Below, piece after piece: positions 19,259 through 28,017 of a stretch of DNA of 64,000 nt (position 1 is its first letter; each line of letters begins with the position of its first letter). The notes under the pieces were generated by a model, which saw only the letters and a list, made by a program, of their open reading frames with translations, made no database searches and was not told the origin of the DNA. Origin of the DNA: Candidatus Wirthbacteria bacterium (GTDB taxonomy: Bacteria > Patescibacteriota > CG2-30-54-11); NCBI GenBank assembly GCA_903889905.1, contig CAISZI010000048.1, forward strand, positions 70,668 to 134,667, written 5' to 3'. The position numbers and the translations under genes are program-made.

Positions 19259-19944
19259 ACGAATTTAGTGACGCAAAAATACTGAAACGTCCGTCCCATC
19301 CGTTCCCACTTGCGCGCATACTTGCTCTTGGGGTAATCCGCAGGGGGCAGACTTACTGTGACTGCAATTTTAGCTGCACAAAGCGTTTGCACCTGCTGCA
19401 GGGCAAAGCTGTAAATTTCCTGATGGTCGCTGATAAAATGAATCTCACCACCCGGTTCGAGCCGGCGCAAACACAGCTGCCAGAATTCCACCGTGTGCAT
19501 CCTGCGTTTAAAATGCCGCCGCTTATTCCAAGGGTCAGGAAAGTTCACAAAAATCGTCGCCAGGCTGGCATCAGCGATCAAAAAGTGCAGCACTTTCAAG
19601 GCATCGGCATGCAAGAATTTTATATTCGCCAAACCCAAAGTCCGGGCGTGACGAATGCCTTTGTTAATTTGTTCCCCCACGACTTCACTTCCTAGCACAA
19701 GCGTATCAGAATGCATCGTCGCCCACTGGTGTGTGAACTCGCCATTGCCGCAACCGATGTCTAGTGCGATTTGCTGATAACCTAATTTCCGGAAATCAAA
19801 GGCAAACGGAACTTTGTCAAACTCAAGCCGTGGTTTGCTAAAATTGTTGGCATCAAACTCCACCTGCTGTGCCGCCTTGACCATTGCCCCCAACTTGAGC
19901 ACAGTCCGCAACCGAAACTTCCAGTACTCACGCACATTTGACAA
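19255..19944 (-). CDS. trmB: tRNA (guanine-N7)-methyltransferase
   Basis: DIGCGNGEF, NFPDPWNKRRHFKRR, SKYARKW. Confidence 0.92.
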   Translation of the reverse strand: MSNVREYWKFRLRTVLKLGAMVKAAQQVEFDANNFSKPRLEFDKVPFAFDFRKLGYQQIALDIGCGNGEFTHQWATMHSDTLVLGSEVVGEQINKGIRHARTLGLANIKFLHADALKVLHFLIADASLATIFVNFPDPWNKRRHFKRRMHTVEFWQLCLRRLEPGGEIHFISDHQEIYSFALQQVQTLCAAKIAVTVSLPPADYPKSKYARKWERMGRTFQYFCVTKFV

Positions 19945-19946
19945 AC

Positions 19947-20027
19947 AAAATCCTCCTATCCTCCTTTAAAAAGGAGGAATAAGACTTAATCTTACCCCCT
20001 TTGCAAAGGAGGCGCGGGGGGATATTT
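19947..20027. repeat. Pair of oppositely oriented CCTCCTTT-nn-AAAGGRGG palindromic elements
   Basis: Plus strand ATCCTCCTATCCTCCTTTAAAAAGGAGG and minus strand ATCCCCCCGCGCCTCCTTTGCAAAGGGGG. Confidence 0.6.
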
Positions 20028-20537
20028 CCCCATTTTCACTCGCCTGTATTCATAAGCCGCTACGGCAAAACTGCTTGCCACATTGAGCGACGCTTTTTTG
20101 CCCCACATGGGAATCTGCACAATCTGATCAGCTGCCTCCAGCAAGTCCGCATTCACTCCACCCACTTCGTTACCAAAAACACCCAACACATTTAGTGGCC
20201 ACTGATAAGCAAACAAATCCACGGCGCGTGGTGCAATCTCAAAGGCAGCAACCTTAAAACTTGCCCAATCCCAACCACTTATATCACACCAGTCGCAACG
20301 GGCCTCCGGCTCGAACTCACCTGCACGACAATTGGCCATAAACCTGAAGGCATCTTCCACGTACAACCAGGGCACTGAGCGTTCGGCCCCGAGCGACGTT
20401 TTGGGCAGTTTCGGATGTGGCGGATAGGCCGTGCAACCAGCCATCACCACCGCGTCAATGCCCGCACAATCGGCAGTGCGTAAAATGGATCCCACATTGT
20501 ATGCCGAGCGGATGTTATCCAATATAGCTACAAACAC
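19992..20537 (-). CDS. TrmH/SpoU family RNA methyltransferase
   Basis: LDNIRSAYNVGSILRTAD, FGNEVGGV, QIPMWGKKASLNVA. Confidence 0.92.
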   Translation of the reverse strand: MFVAILDNIRSAYNVGSILRTADCAGIDAVVMAGCTAYPPHPKLPKTSLGAERSVPWLYVEDAFRFMANCRAGEFEPEARCDWCDISGWDWASFKVAAFEIAPRAVDLFAYQWPLNVLGVFGNEVGGVNADLLEAADQIVQIPMWGKKASLNVASSFAVAAYEYRRVKMGKYPPAPPLQRG

Positions 20538-20643
20538 TGCACAGTTACCAGATTAATCAAACATAAGGCGAAGTTTTACTTTTTGGTGCCAACCTATTAC
20601 AATTTCGTTGACTAATTTATCCATACCTGACAAGCTTATCACG

Positions 20644-21798
20644 ATGCAGAAAACAATCCAACTGTGTGCGCTCATCGTTGTTCTGATTTTGCCATGGGGT
20701 ATTTGCCCGGCGCATGCAGCCGTCCACCAGTTTTATAATGCCTCGCTCGAACTCAGTGATTCCCGTCCTCTGACTCCCAACGACTGGACATTGGATATGG
20801 TAAATGTTCAACCTATTCCTCCAGGTGGACAGATCGTCATCACACCGCAGGCCGGAGAATTTACGATTCCGGTGGGGATGGATTTTCATGACCTTGATCT
20901 CTTCACTGGTACTGACCAGACACTGGCAGCCGCTCCAGGAACTGGCGCCGGATCCGCTTGGGGCGTCAATGTCGTAAATGGCACCAGTGGCACAATCACC
21001 CTGATCAACAACGATACAGATACGATCACAGGGGACACGCGCATCATCGTCCATATTGGCAAAAATGCTGTCATTGGTAGCGTCGGCACCCATCAGATCA
21101 GCAATCCGCTCAAACAAAATAACGTCGGTTCCGCCGATATCTGGCGCGTCGACGTCAGCTCCAAAACGGGTGGAGGCGGAGACATCGACAGCATCGTCTT
21201 GCTCGTGGCCACCATTGAACATGTGAATTTTTATGCCGGCCCCATGCCGCACATGACCTTTGACATCACCGCCATTACCCCTCCCGCAGGTGGCACCATT
21301 GCCGCCAACTACATTGACTGGCGCGGTCTCACGGCGCTCACGCCCAAAACCGCCACGCTGCGCGTCAAAGTCAACACGGACGCCCAGAATGGCTTCACGG
21401 TTTACATCCGCCAGGACCACAACATGCTGCACGACCAGGATCCCACCATTGATATCGACCCGATCAAAAACGTTACGGTTGGCACCAACGATTCACCCGT
21501 AATCTGGGCAGCTCCGACGGGCACCGTGATTGGTGTCGACACTGGCTTTCTCGGCTACACCACGACCGACACCACCCTCAACAACGTCGGGGATGGCATC
21601 AATCGTTTCGCCACTGGCACCAAATACGCCGGACTCACCTCTGCCTCTACCCCCGTCCTGTTCCATGACCATGCCACCCAAAGTAACCTCGAAGGCCAGG
21701 ACTTTGCCGACGTCACTTTCCAGATTGAAGTCAACAACCTCCAGCCAACTGGCAACTATGCCAATGACATCATCTTCATTGCCAAGCCCATTTTCTAA
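20644..21798 (+). CDS. Secreted beta-rich surface protein (possibly WxL-like/fibre C-terminus)
   Basis: Signal peptide ending AHA; Thr/Gly-rich beta strands; ends GNYANDIIFIAKPIF. Confidence 0.65.
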   Translation: MQKTIQLCALIVVLILPWGICPAHAAVHQFYNASLELSDSRPLTPNDWTLDMVNVQPIPPGGQIVITPQAGEFTIPVGMDFHDLDLFTGTDQTLAAAPGTGAGSAWGVNVVNGTSGTITLINNDTDTITGDTRIIVHIGKNAVIGSVGTHQISNPLKQNNVGSADIWRVDVSSKTGGGGDIDSIVLLVATIEHVNFYAGPMPHMTFDITAITPPAGGTIAANYIDWRGLTALTPKTATLRVKVNTDAQNGFTVYIRQDHNMLHDQDPTIDIDPIKNVTVGTNDSPVIWAAPTGTVIGVDTGFLGYTTTDTTLNNVGDGINRFATGTKYAGLTSASTPVLFHDHATQSNLEGQDFADVTFQIEVNNLQPTGNYANDIIFIAKPIF

Positions 21799-21840
21799 GC
21801 AATGCATTTTCCACTCTTCACCCTCTCAATGGAGTGCTGG

Positions 21841-23247
21841 ATGAAATCCTATCAAGCCATCATTCTCGGTTCTGGTCCCGCTGGCTTTACTACCGCCGCT
21901 ATCCTGGCCAGGCATGGCAAACGTGTGGCGATTGTAGAACGCGACCTGGTCGGTGGCATTTGCACCAACTGGGGCTGCACACCCAGCAAGGCCATGATCG
22001 AGTCGGCCAAAGTTGCCCAGATCGTCAAAAACAGCGCCAAGTACGGAATTAATGCCAACCACGTGAGCATCGATTTTGCCAAAGTTGCCAGCCGCCGCAA
22101 TCAAGTTGTCGCGACTAACCGGGCCCAAATCACCGCTTTGCTTAAATCCTATGGCATCGACATTTACCAGGGCGAAGGCGAAGTCCAGACCGGCCATGAA
22201 CTCAAAGTGCGCAGCGGCAACCTCGACCCGGATGGCAAAACCATGCACTACAGCGGCGAAGAAATCTTGCTGCAAGCGGAACACATCGTCATTGCCACAG
22301 GTTCGGCGCCGCTCATTCCCGGCATTATTGATGAAACCGATCCCTCCATCGTCAATTCCAACCGGCTGATTACGATTGACCATCAACCCGATCAACTAAC
22401 CATCATCGGTGGCGGCGTAATCGGACTGGAATTTGCCACTATTTTTGCCAACCTTGGTACCAAAGTCAAAATCATTGAATTCTTTCCACGCCTCCTCGCA
22501 CTCATGGATGATGACATCTCTGCAACCATCACCCAGTCACTGCAGGCACTGGGTGTTGAGATCTTGACCAATTACAAAGTCCTGGCTGTTGAACACGGTG
22601 TGATCAAAGCCGAAAACCAGCAGGACAAAACGGTCGTCGAAATTCCATCGCAAAACACACTCGTCGCCATTGGCCGCAAAGCCGTCGTCCATGCTGCCAT
22701 GTATGACAAACTCGGCCTCAAGTATTCACCCAAAGGCATCGCAGTGGATGACTACCTCGCGACCAGCGTGCCTGGTATCTGGTCAGTGGGCGACGCGACC
22801 GGTAAATCAATTCTGGCGCACGTCGGAATCCAGCAGGGAACGATCTGCGCGCACAACATCCTGGCCGCAACTCCGGCAGACCGCAAAGTCATGGATTACA
22901 GCGTGATTCCCGAAGTTGTCTACTCCATGCCCGAGATCGTCCGCATTGGCCAACTGCCTGAAGACCAAACCGGCATCCAGTCATTCAAAGTCCCCTTCAG
23001 TGCCAACCTGCGCGCCTCGATCGAAGACAACACAACCGGCTTTATCAAAATCTGGGTCAAGGATGAAATTCTGATTGCCACCCAGATGATCGGCTATACC
23101 GTGTCAGAGATTGCGCAGGAAATGGCGAACATGATCGCACTCAAAACGCCCATCCGTTCTGTCATCAACATCATCCATGCGCATCCTTCCTATGCCGAAA
23201 TTATCAAAACCGTACTGGAACTGGCTATTGGTGAAGCGCTGCAATAA
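21841..23247 (+). CDS. Dihydrolipoyl dehydrogenase family pyridine nucleotide-disulfide oxidoreductase
   Basis: GSGPAG, GGICTNWGCTPSK redox disulfide, IGGGVIGLE, HPSYAE. Confidence 0.9.
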   Translation: MKSYQAIILGSGPAGFTTAAILARHGKRVAIVERDLVGGICTNWGCTPSKAMIESAKVAQIVKNSAKYGINANHVSIDFAKVASRRNQVVATNRAQITALLKSYGIDIYQGEGEVQTGHELKVRSGNLDPDGKTMHYSGEEILLQAEHIVIATGSAPLIPGIIDETDPSIVNSNRLITIDHQPDQLTIIGGGVIGLEFATIFANLGTKVKIIEFFPRLLALMDDDISATITQSLQALGVEILTNYKVLAVEHGVIKAENQQDKTVVEIPSQNTLVAIGRKAVVHAAMYDKLGLKYSPKGIAVDDYLATSVPGIWSVGDATGKSILAHVGIQQGTICAHNILAATPADRKVMDYSVIPEVVYSMPEIVRIGQLPEDQTGIQSFKVPFSANLRASIEDNTTGFIKIWVKDEILIATQMIGYTVSEIAQEMANMIALKTPIRSVINIIHAHPSYAEIIKTVLELAIGEALQ

Positions 23248-23366
23248 GTCCGATTGTACAATTTGCCATTACTTAAAATTTGTAAATTTGTTAATCTTGT
23301 AATTAGTTTTGCATTGTGCTATAAATTTTGTGGAAAATAAAAATTCCAACATTCAAAAAGTAAGTC

Positions 23367-23400
23367 AAAAGGCCTTGTTGGCGCGACAACGGGCCTTTTT
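23367..23400 (+). terminator. Intrinsic terminator or attenuator hairpin
   Basis: AAAAGGCCTTGTTG-gcgcga-CAACGGGCCTTTTT. Confidence 0.6.
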
Positions 23401-23499
23401 CGTATCCGGATTTATGGACTCGATATTTATCAGGGCTCCTAGTATAATCAACGCGTCTCACCTCACATCCTCCCAATTCAATCAAAGGGAAAACCAACC

Positions 23500-24369
23500 A
23501 TGCTCAAACCAAAACAGACCCAAAAAATCATTTACTACACCGTTATTACCCTGATTTTTGTACTGGCATTTCTGGTTATCCTCTCTGCCATGCCACTACC
23601 GGGTGGCCTCCGTTTTTATACCAGCAAAACCGACAATTTAAGTCCCGATCTTCCCAATGGCAGCCTGTTCGTTGTTCAACCCCAGGACAATTATCAGGTT
23701 GGAGATATCATTACCTTCCTCACCACCGATTCCACATCAGGTAACGCCATAGAGGTGACACAACGCATCGTTGGCATCACAAGTGGCGGCACCAATGCAT
23801 TGATCACAACCAAGACTGACCGCAATGCAGCCGCAGCCCTCACCAGCACACAACCCGTTAACGTAACCGGCAAGCTCAAATTGGTCATTCCACTGCTTGG
23901 GTTTCCTGTTGCCTTTGCACACACACTGCTTGGACTGATTTTACTGATTATTTTACCTTCACTGGTTATTATTGCCATCGAGATCCAGTCCATCATCCGC
24001 GAATCGCGTCACCTCATCAGTGAGCGCCGCAGCCGTCAGCTGACAGCCATGGAACAAGTGGAAGTGGCGGTAGGTCAGAAACTGGATAAAGTCGAAAAAG
24101 CGATCATCAGTGATGTCATTCAAGTTGAACACACCCTGGAAAAAGTCGAACAGTCACTGACCCGCGAAATAGCCAAAGAAGCCAAGGCCATGGAAGCAGA
24201 AGTCGACAATACGCCTGCATTGGTTGCCACAAAGCCGACCACAGTAACCCCTGCCACGAAGACTGCTGCCAAACCGCGCAAGCCGCGTGCCACCACAACA
24301 ATGGCAAAGCGTGCTCCTGCCAAACGTCCCAAAACACCGATGGCAAAGACTAAAGCAAACCAATCCTAA
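23500..24369 (+). CDS. SipW-type signal peptidase I homologue lacking catalytic residues, with Lys/Ala-rich tail
   Basis: YQVGDIITF, VTQRI, TKTDRN and GKLKLVIPLLG match S26B architecture; SGSM is replaced by TDNL. Confidence 0.75.
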   Translation: MLKPKQTQKIIYYTVITLIFVLAFLVILSAMPLPGGLRFYTSKTDNLSPDLPNGSLFVVQPQDNYQVGDIITFLTTDSTSGNAIEVTQRIVGITSGGTNALITTKTDRNAAAALTSTQPVNVTGKLKLVIPLLGFPVAFAHTLLGLILLIILPSLVIIAIEIQSIIRESRHLISERRSRQLTAMEQVEVAVGQKLDKVEKAIISDVIQVEHTLEKVEQSLTREIAKEAKAMEAEVDNTPALVATKPTTVTPATKTAAKPRKPRATTTMAKRAPAKRPKTPMAKTKANQS

Positions 24370-24536
24370 CCGTCAGCCGTTGCCGACAAATTGTTTTGCG
24401 CAGCACCGTCTTTCGCGCGTAGCAAATCCGAGGCCCCAACAGCGACGCGAGGGCAATACGCAAAGACGGTCTACCTTTACATTTTGCAGCATTCATTTAC
24501 ACTTGATTTCTGCTTATTTTTATCCACGGCACCCCC

Positions 24537-25004
24537 ATGCTCTTCCGCAAAGCCACATTCGCAGACGTCGAAGCCATGCACGCACTCATTAACCACTATG
24601 CCAAACAGGGCGCCATGCTCGCCCGTTCGCGCAACATGCTCTACGAGACATTACGGGATTTCACAATTGCCGAAAATGACAGCAAAGTGATTGGTATTGG
24701 CGCATTGCATATGATCTGGGATGGACTGGCTGAAATTCGCGCTCTCGCCGTGGACGAGACTCTGGCCCGCCAGGGAATCGGGCGTAAGATCGTCGTCGAA
24801 CTCACGCGTGAAGCCCATGAACTCGGGGTCAAAACACTTTTTACACTGACCTACCAACGGGTATTTTTTGAAAAACTGGGTTTTGTCGTCACGACTACCG
24901 ACAAAGTATCCCAAAAAGTCTGGAAGGAATGCATCGACTGCCCCAAATTCCCCAACTGCGACGAAATCGCCATGAGCCAGGAACTTACGCCCCAGACTTG
25001 CTGA
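24537..25004 (+). CDS. Short ArgA-like GNAT N-acetyltransferase
   Basis: MLARSRNMLYETLRDF, LAEIRALAV, FTLTYQ, KVWKECIDCPKFPNCDEIAM. Confidence 0.88.
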   Translation: MLFRKATFADVEAMHALINHYAKQGAMLARSRNMLYETLRDFTIAENDSKVIGIGALHMIWDGLAEIRALAVDETLARQGIGRKIVVELTREAHELGVKTLFTLTYQRVFFEKLGFVVTTTDKVSQKVWKECIDCPKFPNCDEIAMSQELTPQTC

Positions 25005-25884
25005 TCGGCTTGGCTGTAAGCAGATTTCGGAGTGGTGTGATGAAAGCACCGGATGCAATCAAACATCCCCCCAGAACAGCCTGCCAAGAAAGTATTTCAC
25101 CGTAAAGCAGCAACCCAAACAAAGACCCAAATACGACTTCCAGTGGCAAAATCACACTCGCCACCTGTACTTCCAGGTGTTTGAAGCCATACAAACAAAG
25201 CCAACCAGCCCCGACTTGTGTCAAGACATTTAACCCAATGCCAACCCAGGCATTAAACTGCAGGGCGGGAAAACCTTCGTGCGCCAGCAGCATGCCAAGC
25301 AGGCCAAGGACAACTCCACCCACGGCGCTGACCAAAACCAGCTGCAACCCGCCATAATGCGATGACAATTTTTTGCTATAGGAATTCCAGAGTGAAGTCG
25401 TGACGCCTGACGCCAAAGCAAGACTGCCAAAAAGCAATAAATCCCGGTTAAAACTAATCGCATAAATGATCGCAAGTCCAAAAAGGCACAAGCCAATGGC
25501 GGCAAGCTTATAACGGTCAATCTGTTCACCAAAGGAAACCTTACCCCAAATAATCGAAAAGGTGATCATGCTGGCGTAGAACAAAAAATACGTGGTGCCC
25601 ATACCCAAATGGTTAAACGCATAAAACAGCATAAACACCGACGGCATGGCCACAATCATCCAGAACAAAAACAAACGCCAGTGTTTGGAATGAATGGCAG
25701 TCCATTGTTTACGGTGCCAGAGGAAGTACACAGCCAATAAACCGATGACTACGGACGAATCCAGCAAAGCAGCATTGTAAGGACCCAAAACAGTTCCCAT
25801 CAGCCTCAAGCTGGTGCCGTAAAGGCCATAAAGCAAGGCGGCTGCCATCAATGCCAGGGAACCTCGCAGCTTGTCTGAAACCAT
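24985..25884 (-). CDS. DMT/EamA family transporter
   Basis: Ten TMs in two repeats; FGEQI and LLYGEILS motifs. Confidence 0.85.
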   Translation of the reverse strand: MVSDKLRGSLALMAAALLYGLYGTSLRLMGTVLGPYNAALLDSSVVIGLLAVYFLWHRKQWTAIHSKHWRLFLFWMIVAMPSVFMLFYAFNHLGMGTTYFLFYASMITFSIIWGKVSFGEQIDRYKLAAIGLCLFGLAIIYAISFNRDLLLFGSLALASGVTTSLWNSYSKKLSSHYGGLQLVLVSAVGGVVLGLLGMLLAHEGFPALQFNAWVGIGLNVLTQVGAGWLCLYGFKHLEVQVASVILPLEVVFGSLFGLLLYGEILSWQAVLGGCLIASGAFITPLRNLLTAKPISKSGA

Positions 25885-25904
25885 TTTTTTACCTTATCTG
25901 CAAA

Positions 25905-27101
25905 CTAGCTGGCCAAAGGTCGCCTGACTCGACAAATTAAACTCTTGAGATACGTGCCTTCAGAAAAATACAACGACCTCGGATGATCCGGTGCCTGCGC
26001 TACAATGTCAACCAATTCCAGGGTTACGCCAGCCTGCAGCGAGGCGCGGCGCACGATCAGCTCCAGTTCAGATTGGGGCAAAAAATGTGAACAGCTGGAG
26101 GTAACAAAAATGCCATTATCCTCGACCAGCCGCAATGCCGCCCGGTTCAAAAAGTGGTACGCTTTTTTGCCTGCTTCCAGGTCATGCTGTGACTTGATCA
26201 AGGCCGGCGGGTCCATGATCACCATGCCATACGTCGCAGCAGGTCCGCGATCCAGCCATTGAAAAATATCAGTACACAGCGTGCTGACACGTCCCTCAAA
26301 GCCATTGCGCGCGGATTCGCTGAGCGACTGACTGAGCGCCCATTCCGAACTGTCCACATTCATTACCTCGCTCGCGCCGCCATACAAAGCATAAATAGAG
26401 GTGGCACCGGTATAACTGAACAAATTCAGCACTTTCTTGCCCGCTGCCAGCAACTCAATCCGCTGGCGCAAAACTTTTTGATCCAAAAAAAATCCGGTTT
26501 TCTGGCCCTGGAGTGGATCCACCACAAACGGGTGTTGGTTTTCCATAATGCGAACGCCACCTTCGAGCTCACCCCATCGTATGCCCTGCTCCTGCAACAG
26601 TCCTTCTTCCTGCCGCACCCCGATGTCGCTGCGTTCGACAATTGCCCTTGGCGCAAACAATTCTCGAATCACGTCAATCAGCGTGGGCCGGAACCGTTCC
26701 ATTGCTGCGGTCGATATTTGCATGACCCACACATCGGCATACCGGTCGAGAACAAGTCCTGGCAGTCCATCGACCTCACCAAAGACAACACGATAGGCTG
26801 TTGTCGGCGTTGTCGGGCCAAAACCAGCTTGCAAGCGCCGTGCATAAGCCTGTTCCAGTTGTAATTTTAGCCAGGCGGGCGTGATTTCCACATCGGTGAA
26901 ATCCCACAGACGAACCGCGATCATCGATTGCGAGGAATAACTGCCAACGCCCAGAATGCGGCCATCATGAGCCTCCACCCTGACGAGGTCGCCACTAAGC
27001 AGCGCCTGCGGCAGGACATCGATGGCGCCGGAAAAAACCCAGGGATGGTGATAACTGGCACTGACTTCACGGCCGGATTTCAATTTGATGCTGGGATACA
27101 T
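25905..27101 (-). CDS. rlmI: RlmI-like 23S rRNA m5C1962 methyltransferase
   Basis: HPWVFSG PUA domain, GEVDGLPGL, GQKTGFFLDQ, LNLFSYTG, MDPP, TSSCS, YLK. Confidence 0.85.
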   Translation of the reverse strand: MYPSIKLKSGREVSASYHHPWVFSGAIDVLPQALLSGDLVRVEAHDGRILGVGSYSSQSMIAVRLWDFTDVEITPAWLKLQLEQAYARRLQAGFGPTTPTTAYRVVFGEVDGLPGLVLDRYADVWVMQISTAAMERFRPTLIDVIRELFAPRAIVERSDIGVRQEEGLLQEQGIRWGELEGGVRIMENQHPFVVDPLQGQKTGFFLDQKVLRQRIELLAAGKKVLNLFSYTGATSIYALYGGASEVMNVDSSEWALSQSLSESARNGFEGRVSTLCTDIFQWLDRGPAATYGMVIMDPPALIKSQHDLEAGKKAYHFLNRAALRLVEDNGIFVTSSCSHFLPQSELELIVRRASLQAGVTLELVDIVAQAPDHPRSLYFSEGTYLKSLICRVRRPLAS

Positions 27102-27115
27102 GCATTCTCCTTAAC

Positions 27116-27150
27116 AAAAAGGCATACCCGCAACGAAAGCGACTATGCCT
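27116..27150 (-). terminator. Intrinsic terminator after the small basic ORF
   Basis: AGGCATA/TATGCCT stem followed by a T run on the minus strand. Confidence 0.5.
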
Positions 27151-27176
27151 CTGTAACTTTCTCAACACCACCCTAT

Positions 27177-27248
27177 TTAACGTAGTGTGATTTTTTTGCC
27201 TTGGCGACGACGATGTTTTTTGGCAGCCTGTTTGCGTGCTTTGTTCAT
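27177..27248 (-). CDS. Small basic peptide MNKARKQAAKKHRRRQGKKITLR
   Basis: Hand-translated 23-aa ORF in the intergenic gap (alternative ATG at 27257), followed by a terminator-like hairpin. Confidence 0.5.
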   Translation of the reverse strand: MNKARKQAAKKHRRRQGKKITLR

Positions 27249-27433
27249 GGTTTCCATCAAAATAAAGCTAAAGTGACTTGCTAAGATTACGCAAAAAACG
27301 TCCATCCGTCAATGTGACACGGCCCGCAACCCATAGGTTTTAACATTTTGGATGGACAAATTATGCTAACTTTAAGGCACAATTATCACGATTGCGATCA
27401 ATTTATTCCGGTCATGATTTACTTAAGCCAACC

Positions 27434-27889
27434 TCAGTCAGCGCAGTCGCACTCAGGCACACACTGACGCAGCCGTCTCAGGTGGCCAAAGATATGTTTC
27501 TCCAGCCGCTTCACGCTCGCAGCAAAAAGCCACTCTTTGGAACGGTACCGCAGTGGTACTTTGTCGTTCAGCACATTTTCACGCCTTGAAAGCAGCTCGA
27601 TCGTGCGCTGCGCCTCCAACAGTCGCCCCAGCAGCACGTCCACCGGCACCAAATGGTTAAGCATCACGGCTTCGGTATTGAGGTCTTTGAAATCACCCTG
27701 TGGCAAATCCCTTTTTTTGCCCTCGCTGAGCGCAATCAACGTCTCGGCAAAATTTTCATGCCAAAAAACCAGATGGATCAAGATCTCACGCGGCCCCCAG
27801 CCATCCAGCGCCAGTTGATCAGGAGTCAAATGATTAATGTAAGCAACAAAGTCATCGACGGTTGCATGTAACTGTTCCAAAACGAGCAT
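27434..27889 (-). CDS. DinB/ClbS-DfsB-like four-helix bundle protein
   Basis: WGPREILIHLVFWH and a C-terminal H..GH metal-site pattern. Confidence 0.7.
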   Translation of the reverse strand: MLVLEQLHATVDDFVAYINHLTPDQLALDGWGPREILIHLVFWHENFAETLIALSEGKKRDLPQGDFKDLNTEAVMLNHLVPVDVLLGRLLEAQRTIELLSRRENVLNDKVPLRYRSKEWLFAASVKRLEKHIFGHLRRLRQCVPECDCAD

Positions 27890-28017
27890 TTCTGTTTTTT
27901 ATTCCTGCAAAAATTATCAGCCAGTTGACATAATCTCATAGTAATTTTATTCGGTCAATCCAGATACGACAGTGCATTGAGGGCTTATTCTGGTTTGACT
28001 CTGGCGCACGGGGTTGA

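Noticed and set aside
20617-21432. 271-aa minus-strand ORF, and similar long shadows at 2086-2835, 41334-42053 and 44716-45372
   Set aside because: They overlap well-supported genes, either antisense or in an alternative frame, and lack recognisable features.
21841-23247. Pyruvate/2-oxoacid dehydrogenase operon or mercuric reductase
   Set aside because: No E1/E2 neighbours and no C-terminal Cys-Cys pair; left as a family-level call.
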